This document shows positions 1-16,934 of a stretch of 64,000 nt of DNA, one piece after another. The stretch is from assembly GCA_951406725.2 (NCBI GenBank), contig OX597825.1, positions 70,246,001 through 70,310,000 on the forward strand, written 5' to 3'. A model generated the notes under the pieces. The model was not told the DNA's origin. It saw nothing but the letters and a program-made list of their open reading frames with translations, and did no database searches. How positions within the stretch are numbered: position 1 is the stretch's first letter; the number at the start of each line of letters is the position of its first letter. This stretch comes from Octopus vulgaris. Lineage: Eukaryota. A program made the translations under genes and the position numbers.

Positions 1-739
1 TTGAGTAGAAGTACGTTATTGGTGAAGAGACGCCATCCGAAGGTGCGAGATAACAATCCTTGATTTTAAATAGTACAAAACTTCTGCATCTGCGCAACAT
101 AACGCCAAAAAACGTTTCTTGCTTAATTTACGACAAGACATAGAGGTTTAGAACGTGGTCGACGTCATTATCGAAGAAGTAATATGTAAGTTAAATAAAA
201 AGAATATGAAAAGCTATGAGATTCGCGGAAGCTATAAGATGTCGCATGAGCACCCACCTCTGAGCGCAATGCTGCACTCAAATTTTCTGCTGGTGAGGTG
301 AAGGATAAGAGATCCTTCGGCGCACAGTTTTGACATATTTGACATGTGGTGCTCTGATGTTTCTCTCGTTCCCTCCCACACTTACTTTGTTTTTGCGTGA
401 GTATATTCATATAGCAGAAACGGCTGTAAACTCACGAAAGTGACTGCGTAATTCCTGCTCCTATTGTTATTCGTTAATTGATATTTGTGTGTGTATGTTA
501 ATATATATATATATATATTTTTTTTTATCTAGTTTCAGCTCACGAGCTATGGCCATGCTGGGGTACCGCCATTTGATATATATATATATAATAAAAATGA
601 AAAAATACACATTTAGTACAGGACATCATCAATGAGCGAAAAATACGTAAACACACAACGAGAGACAAGTACGGCACAAAGTACTAAAAGAAGTCTAACT
701 CCTCCTCAGTTGTCGACTGTTTATTACTATCTGTTTCGT

Positions 740-812
<73 letters not shown>

Positions 813-1489
813 CGGATGGTATTATTAAAATACCATCACAGGTGGTAAGCGAATTATCAGCCGTACAGGCAAATTAATATAATATATGCATACAATATTA
901 GATATGTACATATATACATAAGGGTACTACATGAGTACCTATATCGCTAATGATAGAAGTCAAAAAATACTTCTGTACCACCGAATAGTCACAAATCCAT
1001 TACAGACAAGATAGGAAAAAATATGTATATATATGCGAGTGAGTGACCAAACGAAAGAAAAGGGAACTCAACAGATATAGTGGGAGTTACATGTATCATT
1101 GAATACAGTTTGATAGGTTTCTTAAAGTTTCAAAGCCCCTAACAGCGCTTATCTTCGGGCCAGTGATGTGTAAGTCTATATGGATATGCATACGCCCGCA
1201 TGCACTAACACTCATACATACATACATACATACATACATACATACATACATACATACATACATACGTACATACGTAAAACCATAGTGAAAAGTTAAAAAC
1301 TGGGGTCTTTATCAGTAACAGTTAGACACTCAGACAGACAGGCAGGCAGACACACAGACAGGAAATAGTGTCGGTAAATACAATAAATACACTGATTTAA
1401 AATACCAACTGACATACAAACACACAGCAGTCTCCAGAGCCACAGCCATCACCAAGCACCCACGTCTGACCCTTTCTCACTTATCTCCT

Positions 1490-2345
1490 GTCCATCTTTC
1501 TTTCTTTGTTTTTTTTTCTTTCTTTCTTTTTTCCTTCTTCCATCGTAATTCCTCCTTACGTAATTTATCTTCATATTCTTTTCTTCCTTCCTTTTCTTGC
1601 TCCCATTTCTTCTCTCCCTAGTTTCGTTCTTTTTCCTCCTCTCTTTCTTTACTTCCTTCCTGTTTATATATCTTTCTTTAGTTTCTTTCTTCCTTCGCTT
1701 CTTTCTCTCCTCCTTTCCTTTCTTCTTTCCCTCCTTCCTTCCTTCCTTCCGGTCTCTCTGTAATCCCACCATTTCTTTCATCCTCTCTCACCTTTCCTTC
1801 CTCTCTTCCCTCCTGTCTCAGTATCTTTCCTTTCTTCCCTCCTCTCTTCATTCGTTTCTTTCTCTCTTTCCTTGTTTCCTTCCTCTCCTTCAGCCTTTCC
1901 TTCTTTCCTTTCTTCCGTGTTTCTCATTTTCTTCTTACCACCTTCCTTCTTTTCTTCCTTCCTTCTTCGCTGTCTCTTTCCTGCCCTCTCCCGTCTGTTC
2001 TTCTTTTATAATATTCCTTCTTCCCCTCTATCTCTTCTCGCTGTCTTTTTCTTTTCTTCCTTCCTTCATTCATTCATTCATTCATTCATTCATTCATTCA
2101 TTCATTCATTCCTTTCTAGTCTTCATCATACCTTCTTCTCCCCCTTATTTTCTCTCTTTCTTCTTTTCAACCTTCATTCCTGTCCTCCACCTTTTTTCTT
2201 ACCTTTCTTTCACTTTCCTTCTCCTTTCTTTTTCCTCTCATCTCTTTCTACCATTCCTTCTTCCCCAACTCCTCTTTCTTTCCTTTCTCTCCTTCTTTCC
2301 GGCCCTCCACCCTACTAAACACTCTTGTTCTTCTTTTACTCGCTT
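1490..2345. repeat. ~850-bp polypyrimidine/polypurine low-complexity tract with (TTCC)n and (TTCA)n
   Basis: Plus strand is almost entirely C/T; (TTCA)n at ~2062-2110. The F/L/S-rich ORFs here are artefacts. Confidence 0.9.
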
Positions 2346-2404
2346 CAATCACTGGATTGCGGGAATCCATCCGAGTACTTTTTTCTTTTTTAAGTCTGAC
2401 ACTC

Positions 2405-2548
2405 ATTTGGCAAATTAAATTTAAATGTTGCTGTGAATCTAACGGTTTTTGTGTTTCTTAAATGGCTTGTAAACACCTTCCACGCTGCAATTGTTTTCGT
2501 TCCAGCACACTATCTCAGATCAGGTCACTTGCTATGCAAGTACATCTC
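2405..2548 (+). repeat. Dispersed short repeat of unknown class, copy 1
   Basis: ttggcaaattaaatttaaatgttg...tcaggtcacttgctatgcaagtacatct recurs inverted at ~41613-41755. Confidence 0.75.
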
Positions 2549-3256
2549 CGTAATATGTATGTATATATATATATACACACAAACACACGAGTGAGTAGGC
2601 AAACGAAAGAAGGGTACTCAACGCATTTACTGGGAGTCACATGTATAGATCAAAACACTTTGATTCAGACTCCTTGGTACTCTGAGTTTATACACGACAG
2701 CCGTCTTTCAGCTCCCGTCTACTAGATTCGCACTCGTAAAGGCATTGATCCGCGCAGGACTATAGTAAGAGACACTTGCTCAAAGTATGACACATCAGAA
2801 CTGATCCCGAGACCAAGGAAATGGAAAGCAAACTTCTTACGAAACAGCTCTGCCCCAGCCTAAATATTTCTCTATTTCCTTACATAATTTATTTCATCAA
2901 TTTTCCTTCTACTTATTTTTCCACTCCTCATCACCCCCCTCCCTCCCCCACGCTATTCGTTTCTTTGCTTCTTGCTTTACTTCGTTGTTTTTTTCCTTTC
3001 ATCTTTTTCGTTTCGCATCAACGCATCTCATTTTTCTAATTTTGTTCCCCACTGTCTCCTTCCTCTTCACGCTTTTCCTTACATTTTTCCTCCAAAACTG
3101 CCTCGTCTGCTTTTTTTTTTTTTTTTTTAAATCCTTTCGTATATTATTACATCAATCTTTGTCTTAGGATTGTCCTAAAAGTTTCTTGCGTCCCTTGTGG
3201 ACACTAAAGAAGAAATTGTTGATTTGTTGCCTTCAGTTTTGTTTTCTTTTTTTCTA

Positions 3257-3345
3257 TCTTCTTCTTCTTCTTCTTCTTCTTCTTCTTCTTCTTCTTCTTC
3301 TTCTTCTTCTTCTTCTTCTTCTTCTTCTTCTTCTTCTTCTTCTTC
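3257..3345. repeat. (TTC)n microsatellite
   Basis: Perfect trinucleotide run. Confidence 0.95.
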
Positions 3346-3473
3346 ACAAGGCCTTGATCGCCTGGAGACTATAGTAGAAAACACTTGACCAAGGTTCCAC
3401 GCAGTGGGACTTTACCCGGAACCAGACCCACTTGGTTGGAATGTAAGCTTCTTACCACACAACCACACCTGCA

Positions 3474-3515
<42 letters not shown>

Positions 3516-3611
3516 GTAATTAATTAAGTGCCTCAGGTGAGCTGGTCTGATTAATCACCTATATTTCTAACAGCAGTAATAGACATGAAACCAATGGTAA
3601 CTTAGATAGAC

Positions 3612-3752
<141 letters not shown>

Positions 3753-3963
3753 TGAATGCACGTGTGTATGTATACAAATTAAATTCCTCCATCTTTATTA
3801 ATCCATCAATCCATCCATCTATGTATCTACCCATCCCTCTATCTGTTAATCAATCTATAATCATTCTTTTTCTATCCTTTTACCAGGCACTTCCCTGCCC
3901 TTTCTCTCCTTCTCTCCTCTGTCTTTCATTATGTGTTTGTGTGTATGCAAATTTGTTCCTCAA

Positions 3964-4044
<81 letters not shown>

Positions 4045-4173
4045 CTATCTATCTATCTATCATATCTATCAATCTTTCCATCTGTCAATTCTACTTATCC
4101 ATGTCTTTTTAGTCCTTTATGTATGTATGTATGTATGTATGTATGTATGTATGTATGTATGTATGTATGTATG

Positions 4174-4294
<121 letters not shown>

Positions 4295-4661
4295 GTCCGT
4301 CTTGTTATCTGTCTTTATCGCTATTACCTTATCGCTAAAAACCATATGGAGGTGCGATTGAGGGCAACGAACACTCCTACACTGTGTGCCAGGATGTTAC
4401 GCTTATTTAACCGCAGGCTGGGTGGCGTGGGTTGTCTCACGATGCTTTTTAATACTTGTTCTTCATGTCTGGGTTTTTTCTCCCCCTTCTTTAAACAAAT
4501 AACGGTACACAGATTTCGTGTATGTTTATGCAACAGTTTCTACAAATATTCAGAGAGTGGAACACGGAGACACATAGATATGCATACATATACACATATG
4601 CATACATACACATACACATATGTATACATACACATACACATATGTATACATGTGTGCGTAT

Positions 4662-4790
<129 letters not shown>

Positions 4791-4851
4791 TCGGTAAAAC
4801 ATAAATCAGAAAAGAAAACACACTGTAAGTTATGGAGCAGTATATTATATA

Positions 4852-4940
4852 AAGGCTGGTTTATGGGACTACCCTGGTTTTCACGTCCATAAAGCGCTTT
4901 ATGGACGTGAGACCCGAGGTAATTCCATAAACTGGTCTTA
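4852..4940. other. Foldback hairpin / short MITE-like palindrome
   Basis: Perfect 30-bp palindrome tcacgtccataaagcgctttatggacgtga (4881-4910) extended by imperfect arms gtttatgggactacc / ggtaattccataaac. Confidence 0.75.
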
Positions 4941-4953
4941 CCTAAACTTTATT

Positions 4954-5019
<66 letters not shown>

Positions 5020-5034
5020 TGTGTGTGTGTGTGT

Positions 5035-5073
<39 letters not shown>

Positions 5074-5099
5074 TGTGTGTGTGAGTGTGTTATCGTTAT

Positions 5100-5290
5100 C
5101 CTTTACTTGTTTCAGTCATTAGACTGCGGCCGAGCTGGGGCACCTCCTTGGAGAATTTTTGTCGAATGAATCAAACCCGAGTATTTTTTTTTAAGCCTAG
5201 TACTTATTTTACCGGTGTCTTTTATCCGAACCGCTAAAGTTACAGGGACGTAAACACCTCATTACCGGTTGTCGAGTTGTAGTGGGTGAT

Positions 5291-5328
<38 letters not shown>

Positions 5329-5453
5329 ATGTATACGACGGACTTCTTTCAATTTCCGTTTACCAAATTCACTCACAAGGCTTTGGTCTGATCATTGCTA
5401 TAACAGAATTCACTTGCTCAAAGTGACACGCAGTGAGACTGAACCCGGAACCG
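5100..5453 (-). mobile_element. tRNA-derived SINE family A, diverged copy
   Basis: Aligns to the family A copies (e.g. 26446-26887), including the internal (CA)n. Confidence 0.8.
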
Positions 5454-5630
5454 TATGTATGAACGTGTGTGTGTGTTTGTGTGTGTGTATGTGTGTGTGT
5501 GTGTGTGCGTGTGTGTGTGTGTGTTATCTTTCTGTTGGAGAAAAACCGCAGAGACATAAGTACACAAATACATAAATATAGGCACACGCATCCTATATAG
5601 ATGTGCGCGTACGTGTGTGTGTGTTGTGTG

Positions 5631-5662
<32 letters not shown>

Positions 5663-6227
5663 TGCGTGCTTGCGTGTGTGTCTGAATGTGCATGTGACCG
5701 TGTGAGTTCGTGCGTGTAATAATCAACTTCTTACATAACACATAAATTACTTCGAAATCTGGTAAAGAACTCAAAACCTTTCTGTTGGAATATTTATACA
5801 ATTTTTTTTTTTCTTAAACAGCAATCAATTCAAAGAGTGAAACATAAACTCTGTAGCAATAAACTCGTACTTATGTATACCAGTATGTTTGTGTGTGAAT
5901 ACATCAAGCTATTTAGATCCAGACCCCACTATAACTTTCCACAAACATTTATGCCGCCACCGGTGGTTGGAAAAAAAACAACTTTATAGTCAATGTTTTA
6001 TCGCAATAATTTAATATAAAAGAATCTACCAGAATCTACCAGTAGTTCTTTTATTACGTTCTGAGTACAAAAAATAAAGAATTATATTATTGACTAAGAA
6101 AAAAAAAGTTAACACTTTAATGAGAAACTCGTGGCTTAGCACCAACGACACCATGCCACACTACAATTTTCCCAGGTCTCATGCGAGAGGTGTATGCCCC
6201 AGACACAATACATGTTATTTTGTTTGC

Positions 6228-6277
6228 TACTAATGGTTTCATATGTTGAGAAGTACCTGAAACATATTCATCTGGTA
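6228..6277 (-). ncRNA. Degenerate type I hammerhead-like motif
   Basis: Minus strand: tac-CAGATGA-atatgtt-loop-aacatat-GAAA-ccat-TA-gta; 7-bp helix II, core U4 changed to A. Confidence 0.45.
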
Positions 6278-6301
6278 CTAACATATGTATGTATACATAC
6301 A

Positions 6302-6356
<55 letters not shown>

Positions 6357-6358
<2 letters not shown>

Positions 6359-6568
6359 CGGGAAGGTTTACGAAAATAAACAAAAGACGAAGGCAGGTGG
6401 AGTACAAACAAGCAAATGTATTAGTAAGGCTCTCAGGAATAGAAATAGAAAAAAGTATTTTACGTTTCGAACCTGCGCTCTTCGACAGAAAGATACACAG
6501 AAAAGAAACAAGGAGAGAAACAAGGAGAGAAAAAAATGCGTGTAGGAGCTAACGATCTATCATGGCGA
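6357..6568 (-). mobile_element. Short TA-microsatellite-embedded element (family H1) with hammerhead-like motif at 6457-6492
   Basis: Homologous copies at 22086, 28098, 39930 and 47881. Minus strand: ttt-CTGTCGA-a-gagc-gcag-gttc-GAAA-cg-TA-aaa. Confidence 0.7.
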
Positions 6569-6619
6569 GATAGATAGCTACATACACACACACTCTCACA
6601 CACACACATATTTATATAG

Positions 6620-6706
<87 letters not shown>

Positions 6707-7353
6707 GAGAGAGAAAAAAAGAGAGAGAGGTAAGGCCGCGGCTGTGTGATAAGAGGCTTGTTTCCCTATCACTCTACTGTAACCTCGGATCGACCAAAGC
6801 TTTGTGCGTGGATTTTGTAGATGGAAACTGAAAGAAGTCTGTCGTATATATATATATATAAACATTCAGGGTAGTGTACACAATAGTATATGAGTGATTA
6901 CAATTATATTATATAAGTATAGGTGGCGTGCGTGTGTGTGTGTGTGTGTTAGCATTTGGCTCAAACCGGTATTCGTTTGTGTACATCCCTGTAACATTCT
7001 CTTTGTTTCTTTTGAGACCAATAGAATAAGTGCCAGATTTTTAAAAAAGTTAAGTAACTGGACGAATTGTTCGACTAAACAGTTCAAAGTGGTGCACCAG
7101 CGTGACCGGTGTCCAATGGATAAAAGATCAAGGATGCTATTCTATATAAAATCACTTTAACGGAAACACTTTAGGAGAGATTCCTTTTGTGTGTAAACAG
7201 ATGTTAGTGACGTCAAGTCACACTGAAACACTTCAGTCCTAGCAAAGCTATCTACAGTTTATTCATACACAGTCATTAGCACACGGGCGCACATACACGC
7301 ATGCATACGCACACACAGTCACACACACACACACTCATATGGATATGGATATA

Positions 7354-7434
<81 letters not shown>

Positions 7435-7481
7435 ATATATATATAATATAAATATATATAATATATAATATATAATATAAA

Positions 7482-7519
<38 letters not shown>

Positions 7520-7549
7520 GTATAATATATACAATATATATATATACAT

Positions 7550-7615
<66 letters not shown>

Positions 7616-7922
7616 GGTTTGTATGATTGTGTATAGAGGGATATATGTTATTCAAAGGAATTCCAGCTCTGTTTTTTATGTTTTATTTATATTCTTTATA
7701 ATATTAATATAGGATATAGAATATAGAATATATAGTAAGAAAGATATGAAATGAAGTATTGATTGTCTTATTGAACGAATGAAATATTGGAAATTAAATA
7801 TTTAATGTCTATTCTCATTGAACTAGTATACTTTCTTGCATTTAAGCATTTATCAAGTTCAGATTGTGACAGGAACGTTGTCGAAGCGTTCCTGCCACAA
7901 TCTAAACCTATTGAAACGTGTT

Positions 7923-8405
7923 GATTATTAGGATCGACTAAAAGACCTTAATTTCTACTCTCTCCAACGCCGCCGGGAGCGCTACATCATTTGTGTGATG
8001 TGGAAAGTATTCCATTAATATTGCACAAATGATGTTGGCATCAATTTTAAAATCCATCCAAGACGTCGGCCCCCGTGCTACCCCACCACTACAAAAATCG
8101 AACTCGGTATACATAGCAATATCATGTCAGAACTACTTTACCTCAACCGATCCAGCTGTCTTTAATACAATACCAAAATACTTCACGGAAACGGAGACCA
8201 TAATATTCAATTGTTCATAGGACAAATTTCCTCGAAAAATCCCGGACCAAACTCCTACACCCGGATATGTCTTCAACAATAATAACTCTTGGCTAGAGTG
8301 GGCCATGGTGCCCCATATATGACTAAAACAAACTTCACCACGTGGTGCTATTGAGTTAGACATGTCCTGGGCCGATACTGGCCGAAACCTATCAAAGTTA
8401 TCAAG
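7923..8405 (+). pseudogene. 3' end of a CR1/L2-group LINE ORF2 (RT C-terminus) plus 3' UTR
   Basis: Translates as DY*DRLKDLNFYSLQRRRERYII...NYFTSTDPAVFNTIPK...*DKF..KIPDQTPTPGY, matching the YWERLxxLxLYSLQRRRERY and FNxLP...LDKFLxxIPDQP motifs. Contains stops. Ends in short tandem tatcaaag-type repeats. Confidence 0.8.
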
Positions 8406-8450
8406 TTATATATATATACATATCCGTATATATATGTGTGTGTGGGGGTA

Positions 8451-8509
<59 letters not shown>

Positions 8510-8520
8510 ATAGATAGATA

Positions 8521-8588
<68 letters not shown>

Positions 8589-8799
8589 GCATATGTGCAT
8601 TTATGTTTATGTAATGATCTAATTATCGTAATTTTGTATATTATTAGATATTAAATTTAAGTTTATTCGTAAGATATTACTTAGCGATTGATTTGTTGTT
8701 TGATAGCAAGTATACGAGGTGTCTAAAGTTAGGCTTTTGTATATACATGTATTAATAGTATTAATTGTAGTTTTAAATTTCTTATAATTAAAATTAGAT

Positions 8800-8872
8800 A
8801 AACTTTGATAAACTTAGATATGTTTCGACTAAAGATTGGTCTAGGCCATGTCTAACTTAATAGCATAACTTA
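8800..8872 (-). repeat. Diverged inverted copy of the LINE 3' tail
   Basis: Reverse complement gctattaagttagacatggcctagaccaat...gtcgaaacatatctaagtttatcaaag matches 8345-8405. Confidence 0.65.
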
Positions 8873-9409
8873 GTTATTGTCTTTTTAAATTGATATTCGC
8901 TAGTTATTCCCATTGATAATTATATTTATAGTATTTATAGTATTTATTCGATACTATATAATTACGAATTGATTATTTCTATAAGTATTTTAAATAAGAT
9001 TTCCGAAAGTTCGTTTAAGTTTTTTTGTTTGTATTTTTGAAATTAGCTATTTCATCTTTAAATATGAAAAATTAATTTATTAAGGTCTTTATTATATGTG
9101 CATATATATTTATTTATAGAGATTATTTTAGATCTTAATTATAATATTTATATACATTTATATATTTTCATTGATAATTTATATATAATAATCATTTTTT
9201 TTTTATATTTATGTAATTAGATATAGACTATTACCGATATTAGATTATTGGTGGGTTTCTTACCTTATTAATTAAAATTAATATTTAACATTATAATCGA
9301 TTTTGATATAATCATAATTGTTAAGTTTGTATATATATATATAAAATTTATAAGTTTAAATTATTTAAATAATTTTTTATTTTTAACTTTTATATTTTTA
9401 AATTAATTT

Positions 9410-9570
9410 TACGTATTGGCTTATGTTTTTCACTGTTTGATTTGGGTGATAGTGGTTTTATCTCTAATTTAATATAATATAATATAATATATTTATACTA
9501 TAAAATTGGATTTAATCCTAAATCTAATTTTTCCCTGTAAGTTTGGATTCATTACCTAATATTATTATTA

Positions 9571-9572
<2 letters not shown>
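9410..9572 (-). repeat. AT-rich TA-associated dispersed repeat
   Basis: tccaaacttacagggaaaa and agagataaaacc are shared with 48160-48310 (+). Confidence 0.6.
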
Positions 9573-9609
<37 letters not shown>

Positions 9610-10339
9610 GCACTTATGTATATATATGCATATATGCATGTATGTATATATATATATATATATATGTAGATGCATGTATGTATGTGTGCATCTATGTATG
9701 TACACGTATATATAAATAAATAAATAAATATATATATACATACATATATACACATACATATATATATATATACATATATTTAGAAATATCTATATATTTC
9801 TTCCACAAAAGGAAGAAACTCATTGCTTAGGTATTCATTGTATAGAATTCAAGAAAATTTCAAATTACGGAAAAAGTAATTTATTTTGTTTAATAAATGC
9901 TGATTTGCATAAATACAAATTAACAGGTGCATGATCTTTTTTAGATGTTTGTTCTGTTTAGTGAGTAATTCTGTGGTTAGAATTGCCTGGGAAATCCCGT
10001 AGGTTGTGTCTATATAACCTGAAATTCCACATATGGTACACAAATACACTCACGCATTCTGACATCTGAGTACGAAGTTGAATAATTTTTATCATTTGAT
10101 TAATTAGTCTTTTGAAATTGCTATTCTTAGTCATTGTACAGATATGATAAAAAAATTAATGACACTCTAATGAAAATAAGCAGAAAATTTATACGATTTA
10201 AAATTTTCAAAGCATAAACCATATCTTCAGAAATCAAATATGTTTTAATGTTTACATATATGTGTTACATTTCGATCGATGTGATAGATCTCCGATCGTC
10301 ATCAGGTGTTAGTATTAAAACGTGCGCATAAGCCGGTGG

Positions 10340-10700
10340 GTGAGCTGGCAGAATTGTTAGTACACCGGACAAAATACTTCGTAGCACATCTTCCGGATTT
10401 ACGTCTCGAGTTAAAATTCCACGGAGATCGATTTTGCTTTTCATCCTTTTGGGTAGGACAAAACAAATACCTATTTCTTTACTACCCACAAGGGGCTAAA
10501 CACAGAGAGGACAAACAAGGACAGACAAACGAATTAAGTCGATTATATCGACTCCAGTGCGTGACTGGTACTTAATTTATCGACCCCGAAAAGATGAAAG
10601 GCAAAGTCGACCTCGGCGGAATTTGAACTCAGAACGTAACGGCAGACGAAATACGGCTACGCATTTCGCCTGGCGCGCAAACGGTTCTGCCAGCTCGCCG
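10340..10700. mobile_element. Two SINE family B copies in opposite orientation (10340-10455 +, 10466-10700 -)
   Basis: gagctggcagaa..gttag head, B-box-like gagttcaaattcc, and ctttcatcctttcggggtcg core. Confidence 0.8.
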
Positions 10701-11640
10701 CATACCAGTTAAGCACTGGGATTGATGAAATCAATTAGCCCCTCCCCACAAAATTTTAGGCCTTGTGCTTATTGTGAAATGGAAAAAAAACATCTTTAGT
10801 GGAGAAAGAAAAACTATATGTATAGGGAACTTCTTGTATCCATTAAAAACAAAAACTTTTCCCATGCCTTGATAAAAAAAATTACCCAGATATAGATAGA
10901 ATATGTGAAGGACCGCCTGCCCGAACAGTGAAATAAAACACTTGCTGACGATTTGAGATCAAACCTTCACGCTTTCTAGCGTGAAGGTTAAGAATCCGGA
11001 TTCTATTCATCGACTGTTAGACATTTATTCAAACCATTTCATAATAAATCATTCTGTAACTTACCCATTTTCCAATAACATATCTATAACTTTATCGTGT
11101 CCATTTTTGACGGCAAACATCAAGGCAGTCCAACCATTTTCGTTTTGTGCATCTGTTGTTACACCGTCTGTAAAAAGGAAAAAAAAATAATCATAACTGC
11201 ACTTTCTTATTCAAAACATTTTAGTAAAGTACAAAAACAGATACACACTCACACACATATTATCGGGGTAAAAACTTTATAACGTGCTTTCCAAAGCACC
11301 TCTACGGGTATCATCTACCCTATGCTATCAAACAACAGAAATTCTCCTTTTACTGAATATACATATGGAAATCCGCAGAATTCATACAAAAAATTATAAT
11401 ACAAGATGGAATGAACAGACTTTAACCCAATCACCTACGTATATTCAGAAGAGCAGTACCTGAAGACGTGCAGGTACATAGCTATTGTTGGATCATATTA
11501 ATGCAATAATGTGTATAATATGTGAAATACTCAGCAATTACCAGCGGATACTAATACACAGAAACAATTGTAGTAATTTGGATTAAAACCAGCTCATTCC
11601 ATTTTTTTTTTCGTATTATAAATTTTTTATATTAGCATAT

Positions 11641-11881
11641 ACTCTTTTACTCTCTCTCTCTCTCTCTCTCTTTTACTTGTTTCAGTCATTTGACTGTGGC
11701 CATGCTGGAGCACCGCCTTTAGTCGAGCAAATCAACCCCCAGGACTTATTCTTTGTAAGCCTAGTACTTGTTCTATCTGTCTCTTTTGCCGAACCGCTAA
11801 GTTACGGGAACGTAAACACACCAGCATCGGTTGTCAAGCGATGTTGGTGGGGGTGACAAACACAGACACACAAACACACAC

Positions 11882-11946
<65 letters not shown>

Positions 11947-12110
11947 CGACGGGCTTCTTTCAGTTTCCGTCTACCAAATCCACTCACAAGGCTTTGGTCG
12001 ACCCGTGGCTATAGTAGAAGACATTAGCCCAAGGAGCCACCTAGTGGGACTGAACTCGGAACCATGTGGTTCGTAAGCAAGCTACTTACCACACAGCCAC
12101 TTCTACGCCT
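11641..12110 (-). mobile_element. tRNA-derived SINE family A, full length
   Basis: Minus head with A box tggctgtgtgg and B box gttcagtccc, internal (TA)n/(TG)n, and an aagtaaaagag tail. Confidence 0.9.
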
Positions 12111-12479
12111 ATGTATATATTGGCTTTTTGCAAGGATGAAAGGCGCAGCTTAAGCTCAAAATGTAAAGTGCCGAGAGAAAAGCCATTATGTATTTTATCT
12201 GACTTGCTAATGATTTTGCTAGCGCGCCAATAACAACAGCAGTTACCTCCAAGTCTCACTACGGAATCCAAGCCATGGCTAAGAGCAGGAGTGTAGGGCA
12301 AATGTGTACGATGGGAGGGGTAGCTATTCCAGATGATTGTGACGGTGGGGTTCTGGTGACGAGTTAACCCCCCCCCCTCCCACACACACATACAGACACA
12401 CCGTTTAGATATTTTATTGGAGCGCTAAAAGATGTGATTGTCATCATCGTTGAGGTGAAAGTATTGGTGAAAGGTATGA

Positions 12480-12850
12480 AAGTAGTGGTGGTACTGGTGG
12501 TGGTGGTGGTGGTGGTGGTGGTGGTGGTGGTGGTGGTGATGTTGGTGATGATGATCATGATGATGATCATGATCATGATGGTGGGGTGATGATGATGATG
12601 ATGATGATGTTAGTCGTGGTGATGATGGTGGTGGTGGTGATGGTAATGACGATCGTGGTGGTAATGGTATAGTTGGTGCTGGTTGGTGGTGATGAATACG
12701 ATGACGATGACGACGATGATGATGATGAAGGTGGTGGTGGTTGTGGTGGTGGTGGCGGTGGTGGCGGCGGCGGCGGTAGCGGCGGCGGCGGTGGTGGTAG
12801 TGGTGGTGGTGGTGGTTGTGGTTGTGGGGTTATGGTAATGGCGGTGGTGA
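12480..12850. repeat. Mixed (GGT)/(GAT)/(GGC) trinucleotide low-complexity tract
   Basis: Direct inspection. Confidence 0.9.
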
Positions 12851-12971
12851 TGTACGGGGTACCACGTAGCGATTGTAGAAACGAGATAGTTGTGGGAGTC
12901 GTAAATGTTAGTGCCAATGGTGAAAAGTAGGAGAGAAGAAAAAAAAAAAAAGGCACAATGTACGCGCGCGT

Positions 12972-13014
<43 letters not shown>

Positions 13015-13052
13015 GAGAGACAGACAAACAGACAGACACAGACGGAGAGAGA

Positions 13053-13097
<45 letters not shown>

Positions 13098-13281
13098 GCA
13101 GAAAGAAAGGGCAAAGAGGACAGCTTATTGAGAAAGCCGCAGAAACATTCCTTAACTTCTTTTTTTCCACGTCTTGGCAACTTCAATAAATAAGTAAATA
13201 AACATACGAAAATGAAATACTGATAATACTAATAATAAATAAATAAATCTTCGCCAATGTAAACGACAAATGTTAATATAA

Positions 13282-15627
<2,346 letters not shown>

Positions 15628-15704
15628 CCACTTCAGGTTAAGCCCTGCATTGAAAATACCTTATCTTTCTACCCTTTCATGACTAGATAGAACTGTTTCT
15701 CTTC

Positions 15705-15979
15705 CACATACATACATACATACATACATACACACATACAAACATACATACATACATACATACGTACACACATACATACATACGTACACACACCCATATA
15801 CATACATACATACATACAAACACACATACATACATACGTACACACACATACATACACACATACATACATACATACATACATACATACATACATACATACA
15901 TACATACATACATACATACATACGTAGACACACATACATACATACATACATACATACATACATACATACATACATACAT

Positions 15980-16010
<31 letters not shown>

Positions 16011-16302
16011 TACATACATACATACATACATACGTAAACACACATACATACATACATACATACATACATACATACATACATACATACATACATACATACA
16101 TACATACATACAAACACACATACACACATACACACATACATACATACATACATACATACAAACACACATACATACATAAATACATACATACAGACATATA
16201 TACATACATACATACATACAAACACACACACACACATACATACATACATACATACATACATACATACATACATACATACATACATACATACATACATACA
16301 TA
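15705..16302. repeat. ~600-bp (CATA)n microsatellite
   Basis: Direct inspection. Confidence 0.95.
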
Positions 16303-16679
16303 GATTTATAACACCTTACTGGAGGACCGATGAAGTAGTCCAACGTCATGTTAAAACCAAATCGAAAAGGACGACCATCATCTTATCTGTTATGACAGAC
16401 ATCATTATAATTCATGTCGAGCATAACTCATTTCGGCAGAATCACTGTTGGAAGTTAATTGAAAACGGAGAGAAACTTCACTCAACACGACTAAAAGAGG
16501 TGAGAAAAGGGGCCTCTTTATTTAAACAGTTTTATGTCTCAACTACGACTGGAGTTCCTCATCAGGGAGTTAAGGTATACTGCCTTCATCTAAGGATCCA
16601 CAAATAAAGATGGCTATAATTAAATTCCCCAATCAGCACATAAATACACGTATACACGCTTACACACACACACACACAT

Positions 16680-16757
<78 letters not shown>

Positions 16758-16892
16758 GCATACCAGGGAGACATGCATTTATATGTATGTATATACATAT
16801 TTGGATACATGTATATATATATTCATATATATATGTGTGTGTGCGTGTGTGTGTGTGTATACATAGGTTCTACATTTTATATATTCACAGCA

Positions 16893-16934
<42 letters not shown>

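Noticed and set aside
168-410. 80-aa minus-strand ORF in unique sequence
   Set aside because: No recognisable motif or convincing splice-site pair.
690-745. CTGAGGA and GAAAC on the minus strand as a permuted hammerhead
   Set aside because: The helices cannot be closed around the core.
11455-11540. CTGAAGA...GAAATACTC as a hammerhead
   Set aside because: Helix I and the base of helix II do not pair convincingly; at best a very old remnant, so not counted.
12673-12930. Gly-rich ORF (and Pro-rich on the minus strand) as a structural protein
   Set aside because: Explained by trinucleotide repeats that are open in several frames.
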